Assembly (NCBI RefSeq): GCF_001194135.2
Contig: NC_068984.1
Location: forward strand, 50,775,831 to 50,834,134
Direction of reading: 5' to 3'
Source: Octopus bimaculoides
Lineage: Eukaryota
Length of the DNA stretch: 58,304 nt
Shown here: piece by piece, positions 1 to 13,173 of the stretch
Numbering within the stretch: the stretch's first letter is position 1
Layout: every line of letters begins with the position of its first letter
Program-made: the position numbers and the translations under genes
The notes under the pieces: generated by a model
The model's database searches: none
The model's input: the letters and a program-made list of their open reading frames with translations, nothing else
What the model was told of the DNA's origin: nothing

Positions 1-68
1 TATATATTTAAACGTATATATATACATTTATATATATATTTGTATATATATATATTTATATATATATA
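1..68. repeat. (TA)n microsatellite
   Basis: Directly visible. Confidence 0.95.
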
Positions 69-2699
69 CATTTAACATTCAGACAAACCGTCACTTCTCT
101 GCTAATTAACGTTAATTACGCATACAGACTAATTTGTGGTGACAAAACTTTAATGAAGTAATCAGAGAACGAGACAAACATTGGCACCTAACCAACTTCA
201 GAGAAATTGCTTATGCAAAATTCCAGCTGACTCATATTTTTTTCTTTTTATAGCCAATCTTGTTAACCCCTTATACAAAGAATGTACTCACAATGTTCTT
301 CATTCGTCTTCCCGTTTAGTCCCACCATTTAGCCTTTGCTTGATTTGATCGGATCCGCTCTTCTTTAAACATTGGACTACGTCTTTTGTCTTATGATAAT
401 TTTGATGATCTTAGCTTGCCCAGCTCATGTTTTCTTCTTCCCTCTGCCATAGTTTCAGGGATCGTGCAAAACTCTATGATAATTGCCCTTTCTCTGCTAA
501 TTAAAACATACGAAAAATGCCTCCACATGATATATACTTCGCAAATCGCTCGAAAAATGCATACACGTCTAATTCTCGGTTATTTTTATAATGTAGTGAA
601 TCAGTTAGTTCCAGGCCTTTCGCATTTGTGAAAGTATTCAATTTCTATCGATTTTTGAGTTTAGCTAATTCATTTTACAATTGCTTTTCTATATCAATTC
701 CAGTTTCACTCACTGTTGTGTATTTCAGTTTATAACTTTGAATAACGTCGCAGTGAATCATTGAGGTTTTTTTTTCCAAATAAATATACTCTACATGTCT
801 TGAATATTCTTTCTCATTTTAGTACCCTAAAATACACACATACTCTTATATGTTATGGGTTGCAAACGAGAGAGAGCAGCTCAATATATGTAGTAGAATT
901 CATATTATATATGGTGGCAGAGAAAGGCAACAATGAAATTTACGGTAAGAACGAAAAACTACAGAAAGGCAAAGCAAGCACACCGTGTTAGCAAAGGATA
1001 GTGACTGAAAAAATCTGTAAACCAACTGAACAAAAATAAAAACGAGTTTTGGAGGAGAATGAAAAAAATATAAATTGAAGGAACGTGTATCCTAAAAATG
1101 CGCTTTCTATTAACAACATTTAAACTTATATTCCTCGAAGCAATCTGTAAAGCATTTTACAGCTGAAATTGTTATAAAGCTAGAGAAAGAGTTAGGTACC
1201 ACGGTACTACATGGTGACTTAGTTTACTACTGTAAGTTAAGATATCTATGTAAAGTAAGTTGTAGTATAAAGTTCAACCCTATTTTCGTGTTAATATTCT
1301 GAACGTTCGTTAGGAGTATCATAGTTAAAAGGTGTATCGTTAAGCAATATATGTTCCGTATCTCATTGTTCCTCATTCGATCCTACTGCCTAGCATCTTG
1401 GTCACGCGTATTTTCCCATAACCTCGGATTGGCTTGTGATGAAATGAGATGAAACTACGTGGAAGATCCAGTCGGATTGCTGTTAATCTTAAGTAGGTGG
1501 GCTAGACCGTCACCCTTTTTATCACCACTACATGCCTCTTGTGTGTCTTTATCGAAATTCATTTTGTACTGCAACCATTCAAAGAAGATTACCGGAGTAC
1601 AGAGCTCGATATCTTGAGGCACTGAACCATAGCACAGCAACACGTTATGGTTTTGTTCTCCCACTCTCCCACTATTCCTGGATTTCCTGCAAAGGTACGA
1701 GGCGCAGACCTTCCTTCCCCGATAAGCTTTCAAGCTTTTAATTTTTTAGCTCATTGTCCGATAGATTAAACATTTGCAGATTTTGCTTCTCGCCGTTTTG
1801 AGAACGTTCACAGTGTGGTGGTACTCCAGCGTGGTCATTATATGCCGTGATGGCCAAAAAGAAGACGGAAAACTAAAGGTCAAATCACGCAAGGTCGACT
1901 TTGTATTCATTTTTTCGATGTTGACTAAAATGGTACCCATCCGAGGTTATGGACTGACGAAACAGTAAAAATATCAGAGCGGATGTCTTAGAAGTTTTGT
2001 TCTCGATTCAAACTCTGCTTCAGCCTTCTTACTTAGGCGGTAGACTTAATCCGTCACTCGTTTTAACACTACCACCTGGCACATAGAGTGCCTTTAGCGG
2101 AGTCCACCTGATGCAAGCATCCGGGGTGAAGCTCTGGTTTGAGAATACCTCCCCCCCCAAGAGTTTCGAAAGCCCTGCAATATAACATGCCTAAAAAACA
2201 TAAAAAAGAAGACTAAAAAACTGTTGTTCAAAGTTTGATATAAAATATTATAGAAAGTATAACACAGTCTAGTACAGAGTACTTAAAGTTTGACACAAAG
2301 TGTAACCGAAGGCTTGTTACAGTATATAGTTTGTACTAATAAACAGTGTAAAGTGTAGCACAGGTTGTAGTTCAAGGGTTGATATATAACAGAATACGAT
2401 GTGAAGTGTAACGTATAGTTGAAAGTGTAGTGACAAGTGTACTACAAAATGTACTCATGTACTCTTGTGTACTTATATTCTGGCTTACAGTTGTTTCTAC
2501 AAATACATTTATACATGAGTATAGGTCGTTTATAATATCAACATTCTAAGTAAATATATCAATACACAAATACGCAGTCAGTCGAAGACACATACACACT
2601 ACGCATGCACACACACACATTTATATCACATCTGTTGAGTTATAAATCCACAATATCAATATCCACGTCTCTGGAGATGATGGTGAAGTTTTAGTGTTT

Positions 2700-2712
2700 C
2701 TGTATGTGTGTG

Positions 2713-2800
<88 letters not shown>

Positions 2801-2880
2801 TGCGTGTATGTGTGTAATATATATATATATATGTGTGTGTGTGTATGTAAATATGCGCGTGTGTGTTGTATGTGCTTGTG
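2700..2880. repeat. Compound (TG)/(TA) microsatellite
   Basis: Directly visible. Confidence 0.95.
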
Positions 2881-3300
2881 TGTGCATGTACAATTATGTA
2901 TACATGTATGCACATATATGTACATACTTTTGTGCTGTATGTCTGTATGTATTTGCTTACATACATTCACAATGACAACCACACACATACAAGCTCACTC
3001 ACACGCACAAATCTCTCTCTCTCAATGGCAGCCATACTTCTTCCCATCCCCACCTCCACCATAGTTATATTTACACCACTACACCTCACTCTCGTCATAA
3101 GCCCCTTCCATCCCACCACATCACAACTGCCGCTCAATGGTATTAAAAAAGCTGAAGGTTTGCGTTTTCACATAAATCTAACACAATGTAAATAATGCTT
3201 ACAAGTTAAATGCTATTACAGTCATGTTTAAGGGGCCACTTTTCGAGAACCCTGAAATCTGGAACCTATTCTTATCTTCGTTTCAAGTCACCCATCTGCT

Positions 3301-3306
3301 TCTCTT

Positions 3307-3387
<81 letters not shown>

Positions 3388-3400
3388 CCCTCTCTCTCTC
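3301..3400. repeat. (CT)n microsatellite
   Basis: Directly visible. Confidence 0.95.
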
Positions 3401-3520
3401 CATCTCTTTAACGTACATGCACACACACACATACTCGTACACACACTGGTTCTGTTTTTCGATTCTTAAAGTCTGTTTTTCCTTTAGTATCCACACTAAT
3501 GTAGGATAAACGGACAAAAT

Positions 3521-3580
3521 GATGGATGGATGGATGGACGGACGGACGGACGGCTGGCTGGCTGGCTGGATGGATGGATG
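3521..3580. repeat. Compound tetranucleotide (GATG)/(GACG)/(GCTG)
   Basis: Directly visible. Confidence 0.9.
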
Positions 3581-4159
3581 TGCAGATGAAAAGGACTGAC
3601 GGAATGGATATGGTGTGATAGATAGATGGTGAGATAGTTTGTTGCTGAGTTAGTCTATGGGCAGGTTGATTTGCTGGCTGCTGCTGATTGTTATTTTGGT
3701 TGGTTGGCTGGCTGGTTAAAAAAAAGAAATTAGCTCTTTGTTGGGTATTTAACGAAAAAATTCTTTACTCCTATATTTCGTGATTGACATGGCTGCAGTG
3801 TGCTAAAGTTAGTGAGAGATGAATCAAGATCAATTAATTATAATCTCTGCACTGTTATGGTAATATAGACATGTATAGACGGTGCTCCGAAGCGACTTTA
3901 GCTCTCGATTGCTAAAACTAAACAACGTACACATCTCTCTGCTACACTTCGCTCACCTCTCGATAAGAGATATTAAAAGAGTTGGTTCATTCTCATTATG
4001 TCGTGCTATTTACCGTTTTCTACCGTTAAATTCTCGACACAATCATTTTTTCACCATTCTCGAAAATAACTAATGCAAACCAGTGGGTAGAGTGATAATG
4101 GTTCTTAAATAGGTGGAGACTGTATATTGAGAGTGACCGCTTAAGAACTATAGACATGC

Positions 4160-4403
4160 TTAACCCTTTGCTTGCTCAGAGTTTACTTGTGATACAAGGG
4201 ACGTATTTTCATGGCCTCCATGCATCATATATGATACACATTCCCAATGTTTTCTAACTAGTAAAACAACTTGGAATTTATAAAAGGAAAGCTTGATATT
4301 ACTTAGAATGTATGAGACAAGGGTGCGGAACTAAAACTCTGAAAACAAGCATGTACGTTTAAGACAAACTTATGAACATGCTTTTGGACAGGCAAACGGT
4401 TAA
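4160..4403. mobile_element. piggyBac-like MITE
   Basis: TTAA at 4160-4163 and 4400-4403 flanks imperfect TIRs CCCTTTGCTTGCTCAGAG / CCGTTTGCCTGTCCAAAA (12/18 match). Confidence 0.45.
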
Positions 4404-5444
4404 CCAGCAATGACCAGAACTTTTCAATAAGAACAGCAAAAACAATGGAGACACAGGAAAATTGACGAGCCAATCAGGTGCTTCTACGTAGTCATTCAAC
4501 GTAATAGAAATAACAACCAAATTTCCATTGAATCTCATCTTACCATCTTAAAAACTACGATGCTTTTGAAAATGTGATCATGGATAAATTATATCTGAAT
4601 ATAATAAGAAGTGATCAATAATTTCGATAAGTTTGGATATTTAGCTGTGACCTGAGGATAATCATCATCATCTTCAACAACAACAATTAACTGTTCTATT
4701 AGCTTATCATCAAAAGTCCAGTTTCAACCGTGAGAAAAACCAGTGTACTTTTCACCAATGTTTTATACCGTATCGATACGTTTGCCTTATTGTTATTCCC
4801 AACTGGTAATGAACATTAACCCAATTGATCTTTTCTGACTTAGATAAAGTTAATCTTTAAGTATGACTATATGGTCATACTTAAAATCGAAAGCTGTTGA
4901 TGTTGTTTCACTCCAGGTCAGCCCTAATCAAGTTAACCTACCATGAAAACTGTTCCAGGCGTGGCCATCCCGTTTTTTCTTCCTTTATATATAGTGAAGT
5001 CGCTCGTCCAAAAACACAACAAAAAAAAAATCTAGGCGGCAGATTTGAAACCAGGTTTGTGACTTGATAAGCTTAAACCTTATCAATCCACTAGATTGTT
5101 TTTATTCAGATCCATTACGTATGAAGAGTAACATACATTCTATGTATTATAAATTAGAAGTGGGCCATCTCAAACTGTTTATGGTCAGGTGAACATATAC
5201 AGATCAAACGAATGTTTGTGAGAAAACAGTGGAAGCATGTTAATGTGTAGGTGTTTTTAGGAGGGCACACACATACATATTCACATACACAAATGCAACC
5301 ACAAACACACACACTCACACATAGGCATATACATACACGTACGCGTTCACGCAACTAGATATTTATTCTCCATTAACTCAAGACATTACACAGACATACA
5401 CAAACAGACAATCTCCCAATTTTCCCCACTCTCTTCTTATTTCT

Positions 5445-5643
5445 TTATTGCCCACATTTATTGCTAAACATAGAGGGGACAAACAAGGACAGACAGACAA
5501 ACGGATTAAGTCGATTACATCGACCCCGAAAGGATGAAAGGCAAAGTCGACCTCGGCGGAATTTGAACTCAGAACGCAGCGGCGGACGAAATACCACAAA
5601 GCATTTCGCCCGGTGTGCTAGCGTTTCGGCCAGCTCGCCGCCT
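5445..5643 (-). mobile_element. tRNA-derived SINE, family A (internally deleted copy)
   Basis: Matches other copies in the window (GGATGAAAGGCAAAGTCGACCTCGGCGGAATTTGAACTCAGAACG...GCCAGCTCGCCGCC). Confidence 0.85.
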
Positions 5644-5959
5644 TCTTCCAACTCTCTTCTTCCACTCTCTTCTTCCAACCCCCTACCCAACCATAGGTGA
5701 TGTGGTCAGAAACTAACGAAAGCCAAAGATATACTCCTCCCAAGACATCACGCCACTACCACCACCACCACCACCACCACACTACGATCGCTGCTATCAT
5801 CACAACCATTCTCTCCTCTATTACCATGTCTCTGCCATCTCTGTCATCACCACAATACACTACGAGCAACAATATCATGATCACCATGGACACCCGTACA
5901 AGCCATAACTCTAAGCATTACTGGAGACCTTTCAAGCATCGTCCAAACTGCAAAAAACA

Positions 5960-6615
5960 GCATTCAAAGCCCTTTCAAATCGCGCCTCAATGTCTTAGTA
6001 AAAGATAAATTAGATACTGTGCTCTTAGTTTTCTTTATACAGAAGGTTAAAACGGACTGGTTATAGCTGGAATGCTTTTGATCACAGGTTCATTCGTCAA
6101 GGCTACTCAAAAACTAAACAACATCTAACATCACGAACACCAGTTCTACAGACCTGAGAAACACAACACAGTGGTTCTCGGCTTTTTGTAGGTCAGCGTT
6201 TCCATTTCATATGGCATTCTTCCCAAAATACAGAAAACCTCTACGTTGTTGCGTAAGCTGCTAAAAATAGCAGCAAAGTTCTGTCAAGTCACACGCTACG
6301 GTAAACAATAAGATTACTAAGCATATATTAGTCCGAGAATAAAAACAGGGGTTCGATACAACTGGAATGTCTTTAGTCATAGAAATGCTCAATTAATATT
6401 GGCCTAAGGCTAAACAGCAACAGCATCAGAGGTAGTCTAAATATGCTAGAAATAGCAGCAAAATTTCCCTCAAATTACAATTAATAATTTCAAACAGAGA
6501 AAGAAAAAAGTCATTTGATAATGTTGTCTTTGATAATGTCAGCGAAATGGCCATGGCTGGAATGCCTTTGACTAGAAGCCTGCTCGATTAGTGCTGATCT
6601 GGAGCTAAATACGTC
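5960..6615. repeat. Three diverged head-to-tail copies of unclassified interspersed repeat family C
   Basis: Recurring TGCTA(G/A)AAATAGCAGCAAA (6259, 6444) and CTGGAATG (6067, 6362, 6557), with units ending in CTAAA(CAA)-like tails. Confidence 0.65.
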
Positions 6616-7124
6616 CAACGAAATCCTATACAATATCTACCATCAGGAACATAACAATGACAACCATCTTCACCCATCTTCACCCATCTTCACCCATCCC
6701 CCTCCGCAAAAGCCATTACCGCAAGAGCTATGACGACGACAACCACCGCCATTTCTACCATGAGCAACAACAAATACCTCCAACACTACCACAGACATCA
6801 CCACAAACGTCACCAACTCCACCACCGCTTTCGCTGGTTCGTTTTAATCTTAAAAGCTTCTATTTAAACAATGGCTGTGTATATCAGATACAAAACGAAT
6901 TTTCACCCACCCCGAAGAACTAGGGTGGGAAGAGGAGTTAAAACGGATTGGTCGGGTGGTTTAGGGACCTATGTTTTAGCTTAGCAATATGTGGAGTTTA
7001 CTTTTAAGGGAATATACAACAGTGTACATTGGGGAAGGGGACAGTTGTGCTTTGATAACCTTTGCATTGTTAGATGTTACAGCCGTCTTGTTCTCCTTGC
7101 ATTGTATATGTGTGAGAGAGAAAA

Positions 7125-7173
<49 letters not shown>

Positions 7174-7231
7174 ATACACACACACACATAGTACTTATAT
7201 GTATCTAACATTCTTTCTCTATTTCCCGCTT

Positions 7232-7263
<32 letters not shown>

Positions 7264-8417
7264 ACTCTCTCTCTGTTATATATATATATATATATATATA
7301 CGTGCGTGTGTGTGTTTGTGTGTGTGTATGCACGCGCATGCATGTATTTGTACATAATACATAGACAAGTTAGTGTGTTATCTAGGTTTTCGTTTTAACT
7401 GAAGGAAATAACAGCTGAATCTTCCTTAAAATCATATCCAACTGTCTTAAAAGAGACAAACTACTGGACAATAAACTCCTAGATTCACTATGAGTTGAAT
7501 AAAAGATGTGAACATTTATTAATCTCAAGCCTGTTCGATCAGAACTGCTTGAAAGAAACATATATTGTATAGTAACAGACATGGTTAAAACACGGTAAAG
7601 AAGTTCGCTTTGCAAGCACATGGTAATGAGTTCGGTGGCATATAGTGTTAAGTCAGTTAAATATCTTCTACTGTCGATTACAATTGACCAATATTTGTGA
7701 CTGGAATATGGTAGACAGAAACAGTTCACGTGCTCATTGTGTATGTATACACACAAAAGTTCGTTTTCTGTCTTCGTCTTTATGTTTTCGTTTCTCATTG
7801 TGTTTAACGTTTTTTGTGATGTCCTGTAGCCATATATGCTTGTATGTATACATATAGATGTAGGTATGCACATATATGTATGGATATATGCATATATATT
7901 TATATATTATTTACGTTATCATATATATATATATATATATANNNNNNNNNNNNNNNNNNNNNNNNNNNNNNNNNNNNNNNNNNNNNNNNNNNNNNNNNNN
8001 NNNNNNNNNNNNNNNNNNNNNNNNNNNNNNNNNNNNNNNNNNNNNNNNNNNNNNNNNNNNNNNNNNNNNNNNNNNNNNNNNNNNNNNNNNNNNNNNNNNN
8101 NNNNNNNNNNNNNNNNNNNNNNNNNNNNNNNNNNNNNNNNNNNNNNNNNNNNNNNNNNNNNNNNNNNNNNNNNNNNNNNNNNNNNNNNNNNNNNNNNNNN
8201 NNNNNNNNNNNNNNNNNNNNNNNNNNNNNNNNNNNNNNNNNNNNNNNNNNNNNNNNNNNNNNNNNNNNNNNNNNNNNNNNNNNNNNNNNNNNNNNNNNNN
8301 NNNNNNNNNNNNNNNNNNNNNNNNNNNNNNNNNNNNNNNNNNNNNNNNNNNNNNNNNNNNNNNNNNNNNNNNNNNNNNNNNNNNNNNNNNNNNNNNNNNN
8401 NNNNNNNNNNNNNNNNN

Positions 8418-8782
8418 CTCCGCCTTAGCGAAGGCGGAGGTTTGTTTGTTTGTTTATCCATGGACACGATATCTCAAGAACCGCTGGATAAATTCAGATG
8501 AAACTTTCAGGGATGTTTGGCCACGTGACTGCTACGAATAGATTAGATTTGGGGTTCGATCCGGTACCGGACAAAGGTTCTGGAATATTTTTCCTGTGTT
8601 TTTACTTAATTTTTGAGAGCGGTCGGGATCATTTTTAGTATTATCTTTTGTGAGAGCAGTTGAGTTTATTTCAGATATTCTCATTTTAAAAGTCATCTCT
8701 GGCTAATCGTTGAGAGGACGTTTGGTGTTGCCTTGGCGCTCTCTGAGTGCTCTTGTTCGCGCTCTTTGAGTGCTCTTGTTCG
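8418..8782 (+). mobile_element. Helentron-associated (HINE/DINE-1-like) non-autonomous element
   Basis: 5' hairpin CTCCGCC-TTAGCGAA-GGCGGAG (8418-8439), then a (GTTT)n tract, GATCCGG-type inverted motifs, and a 3' end CCTTGGCGCTCTCTGAGTGCTCTTGTT. The left edge abuts an N gap. Confidence 0.65.
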
Positions 8783-9280
8783 TTCTAAATTGATTTCGAT
8801 TCTGGTAGATGCTCTAGGATGCATCACATCATCAATGATGTCTTTTGGGGTTTCAGTGGGTTTAGGTCTTTCTACATTAGACCCCCATACCGAGTTGATC
8901 CTGCCAGGTTCGATCAAGTCCCAGCTTGCACCCCAGTTGCAGAAAACCATCAGTCTATCTTCTCTATCCAGATCCACATTGCTGCCTTCTCTGAAGTTTC
9001 AGTGATGGAATTTATGACTCTTCTCTTTGTTGCACCAGCAACTCCAAGCTCGGTTATAGCTTTACAGAATGAACTTTCCACAAATCCCCGGCATCGCACT
9101 TCAATTGCCTCGCAACGTGTCTACCAGCCCTTCTCTCTGCAGTGGAGGCTTCAGTCAGTTATCATTATGAGCCTTCAGTCTTCTCTGAAGTTCCTCAAGG
9201 TAAATGACAGAAGATACTATCTTTCCAAAGCACAGTAAGCAATTCAGATAAGCGATTGATTAAATCGCTGTTCTATTAGA
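8783..9280 (-). mobile_element. 3' fragment of a Hero-type non-LTR retrotransposon (restriction-like endonuclease C-terminus plus 3' UTR), decayed
   Basis: Minus-strand translation gives ELLTVLWKDS (9245-9216), CREKGW*, IEVRCRGF (9105-9082) and SEKAAMWIWIEKID* (stop 8950-8952). These match the ELTVPWE..PVEVGCRGF..WLW motifs of RLE clades. Confidence 0.8.
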
Positions 9281-9489
9281 TGTTGAAACTGTATTATCTG
9301 TAATGAATGATTTTCTTTAGTTTTTGCGCGCGCGCGCGCGCCATATACGATCACCTACATACACAAGACGCTAAAACACACGCATACCCACTCACCCAGC
9401 TACTTGTCTTCTACAACAGACTGGCGTCCTAACCAGGATATTTATTTAGCATCTACTTAAACGACAAAACCACGACTAAGCATAGTTTC

Positions 9490-9528
9490 TCTCTTTCTCT
9501 CTCGCTCTTTCTCTCTCTCTCTCTCTCT

Positions 9529-9574
<46 letters not shown>

Positions 9575-9680
9575 ATATACATCCATGCATGCATACGTAC
9601 GTACATACATACATACATACACACACACATACATACATACATACACACACACATACATACATAATGTACGTACATATATA
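9490..9680. repeat. Compound (CT)/(TA)/(CATA) microsatellite
   Basis: Directly visible. Confidence 0.95.
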
Positions 9681-10067
9681 GGAGAAATTAAACGCGTTCG
9701 CTATCAGATACCTGGGACCAAAGAAATAATGACAAAAGAATGACAATAAGAACAATAACAACATTGAATAGAGGTTTCAGCGGAATTCCAACTGTTGTTA
9801 TACACACATTCACACNNNNNNNNNNTATAGCCCAATTTGTATGCTGAATATAATACAGGTGACACTACTCTAATTTTCGTTTCGCTTTATCGCCCAATGA
9901 GAGATGTGAACCTGATAATGAAATAAAGAAAAGAATGGAGGAAAATTATTTTAAAACACTCACACACATATAAAGATATAAGTATAACCACCTACCTATA
10001 CATTCTCACACGCTCTCACATACGTACTATAGAAGGTTCTAGTAAAGCACATCAAACATTCAATATC

Positions 10068-10104
<37 letters not shown>

Positions 10105-10426
10105 CAGCGATATTGAAATGTTACCTTAGGAATATATCACTTTTCCTGATATTTCGGGTATAATACGCCTTTTGAAAGCGTTAAAATGGCCTGAGAGCTA
10201 TAATACGCGCTCTCTCTCCTTCTTTCTCTTTCTATCTCTCTTTCCCCCTCTCTCTCTCTCTCTCTCTCTGCATGTACATGTGTGTGTGTATGTGTGTGTG
10301 TATGTGTGTGTGTGTAAAAACGTCCATGTATACACACATACCCTCACACACTCACACACACACTTTATTATTTGATTTTACATTGGACTGTGTTCTTACT
10401 TTGGCAACACATTTTTTGATGTGGTC

Positions 10427-10622
10427 TTCGAGGGGGTACTGATAAGTTCCTGGCTTTGGGTAAAAGAAAATACTGGTGGATTAGCTAATTATGATTTTAT
10501 TCAACATATTCCCCTCAGATTCACACACCTATTGCAGCCTGCAAAAGAACTCAGAAGGTTGGGCCTCAACCAGGCCTTTCGCAATACCCTTAAAACCAGG
10601 AACTTATCAGCATCCACTCGTG
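10427..10622. mobile_element. Tc1/mariner-type MITE
   Basis: About 30-bp TIRs CGAGGGGGTACTGATAAGTTCCTGGCTTT / CGAGTGGATGCTGATAAGTTCCTGGTTTT; the TA target duplications are decayed (TT/TG). Confidence 0.75.
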
Positions 10623-11059
10623 TAATAAAAACTTCCACTATGTCTCTAGAATTAAATTAATCGTCCTTATAAAAATGAAATGCAAAGACTTCCTGGGCGA
10701 TATTTAAACTGAGGACATAAAGAGAAACTCCGGAGTACTAATCTAAGGTACGTCTTTATAGAAAGATTTTGTGTCATTCTACTCTGAGTTGTATCTCTAT
10801 ACTTCTGGGTATCCATTGATATTTATCCGAAGTATGAAGTGTAAAGGAAAAGAGAAACAGAAAATCCTTTTTTTTTCTTTTGAATAAGTTTTTATATGAA
10901 TGTAAGGAATTGTTTATGCTGTTAGCTACAACGTTAATGCAGATTATATTTTAGTCATAAAGGTAATACATGAAAGCTAAAGTTGACCTCGGCGAGATTT
11001 GAAGCGATTGTGGTGAGTGTCAAAACAAATCCGACGAACTAACGACTTTTCTTTTGTAC

Positions 11060-11301
11060 TTTTCTACTCTAAGCATAAGGCCCAAATCCTTTCTACTGAA
11101 GGCACAAGGCCTAAAATTTTGGGGGAGGGGACTAATCGACTACATAGATCCCAGTGTTTCGCTGGTATTTATTTCATCGACCCGGAAATGATGAAAAACA
11201 AAGTCGACCTCGGCGGACTTTGAACTCAGAACGTAAGGACAGACGAAATGTCGATAAGCATTTTGCCCGGCGTGCTAATGATTCTGCCACTTCGCCGCCT
11301 T
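11060..11301 (-). mobile_element. SINE family A
   Basis: Near full-length match to other family A copies. Confidence 0.85.
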
Positions 11302-11528
11302 GATGAATTAACGACTGTCAAACGACAAGCGAATACCAATCAATTGCAAGATAGATTACAGAAATCATAATCTCTCTGACTGTGTCTCCATTAACTGTAC
11401 CATGGAGAGCTTTGGTTGTTTGTTGTTCATTTATAGGATGGGGCTTTAGTGCAAAGTTAGCTTCCTTTGTTTTTCAAGCGTAACAAACTGCACCCGGTAC
11501 AACAGCAAGATTTACTATCACTACTACA

Positions 11529-11730
11529 GGACAAAAAGCCAGCAATTTCGAAGAGCTGCAGCTAGTTGGCACCATTGATCTAGTTGATAGTTATTTTATT
11601 TTATCGACTCTTAAACGATAAAAGGCAAATTTGACCGCAGTGGGATTTGAACTCAGGTCCAAACAAACCGGAATAAATACTGCAAAGCATTTTTTTCCCG
11701 ATGCTCTAGCAATTTTGCCAGCTCACCACC
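11529..11730 (-). mobile_element. SINE family A, degenerate
   Basis: TTATCGAC..AAAGGCAAA..TTTGAACTCAG..GCCAGCTCACCACC. Confidence 0.65.
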
Positions 11731-12046
11731 TATGTTCTCTCTGAGCTCGGAACTTAAATCTTGCCATGGTAAACGTCCATTTTGTCTTTCATCATTTCAA
11801 GGTAGATAAATTACTAGTTCTGCACTGGACTTGATTCTTCACATTCGCTTATTTTGTTCTGCTTGCCTAACATTCTCTCTTCTAGAAGAAATTGGTTGTG
11901 GTCGGACCTGGAGAGAGAAAGACTTTACCACGTCAAAATATGCCCAAGACACACTGTATATAACGACAGCAGCCCTTGAACTCCATCAAAGAATTGAGAA
12001 CGCGATGTAAAATGCGCGCGCACGCATACACACACACAAACACACA

Positions 12047-12104
<58 letters not shown>

Positions 12105-12410
12105 TGTATTTGTAGGTGTGCGTGCCTTAGTGATCCTATCGCATTGTTGTTAAACTGAAGTGACTATAGATAATGAAGGAAATTGAATCAAGATAAACCC
12201 AACCCTTTCATACCAAACTAACACAGTTTAACAGTATTGTTCCGGAACCATTAAGTTAACGCTAGGTAATGGGGATAGCGTGGCGGCTAAGAATACAACA
12301 CTACTTAGTTAAACCCCTGCCACATGATACTATACACTCGTACGTAAAGACAACCCCACCCTTATGTGTTTGTATGTATGTATATTCATTCTATTTTGTC
12401 TTTTATATAA

Positions 12411-12545
<135 letters not shown>

Positions 12546-12813
12546 GATACATTCATATATGTATATTTAGATGTATATCTTTATGTATATGTTTACACAC
12601 ATATATATATACGTACATATTTATATATATGTACAGTCACATACACACATATATAGGTATACATATGTACATACATATTTATAGACATGCACATTGTTAT
12701 ATATTTTGTATATATGTCTATGTATAGAAGTATATATGTATGTGTGTATATGTACGTATACTCGTTCATCTCTCTCCTATCTTTCCCATTCTCTCTCTCT
12801 CTCTCTCTCTTTC

Positions 12814-12856
<43 letters not shown>

Positions 12857-13069
12857 AGACAGTGTTGTGCAACAGACGAAATTTTGCAGGAAGTTACTTG
12901 CAAATCGTATTTGTGCTGCAGTTTCACTTTTGCGGCCAACCTAATTTCCTCCATACCCCCTATCTTGCCTTTAACTTACTTCGAAAGAAGCCTTCGATAA
13001 CAATACCACGAACAATAAAGAGCTTGTAGCATCATTTAATTTCAGATATAACCTTTACATACTTTATGG

Positions 13070-13115
<46 letters not shown>

Positions 13116-13139
13116 NNNNNNNNNNCACACACACACACA

Positions 13140-13173
<34 letters not shown>

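Noticed and set aside
103-118. 16-bp palindrome TAATTAACGTTAATTA (paired homeodomain-like sites)
   Set aside because: A few AT-rich palindromes of this size are expected by chance in 58 kb, and there are no conservation data.
1400-2150. Short ORFs (64-92 aa) in unique-looking sequence
   Set aside because: No recognisable domains or convincing splice context; part overlaps a decayed SINE-A fragment near 1890-1935.
2230-2470. Recurrent AAGTGTA-like motif suggesting a CRISPR-like or minisatellite array
   Set aside because: Spacing is irregular and the units highly degenerate; low-complexity decay, not an array.
2621-3517. Many ORFs rich in YI/HT/CV/SL/RE dipeptides, here and throughout the window
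   Set aside because: They are translations of dinucleotide microsatellites or of N gaps.
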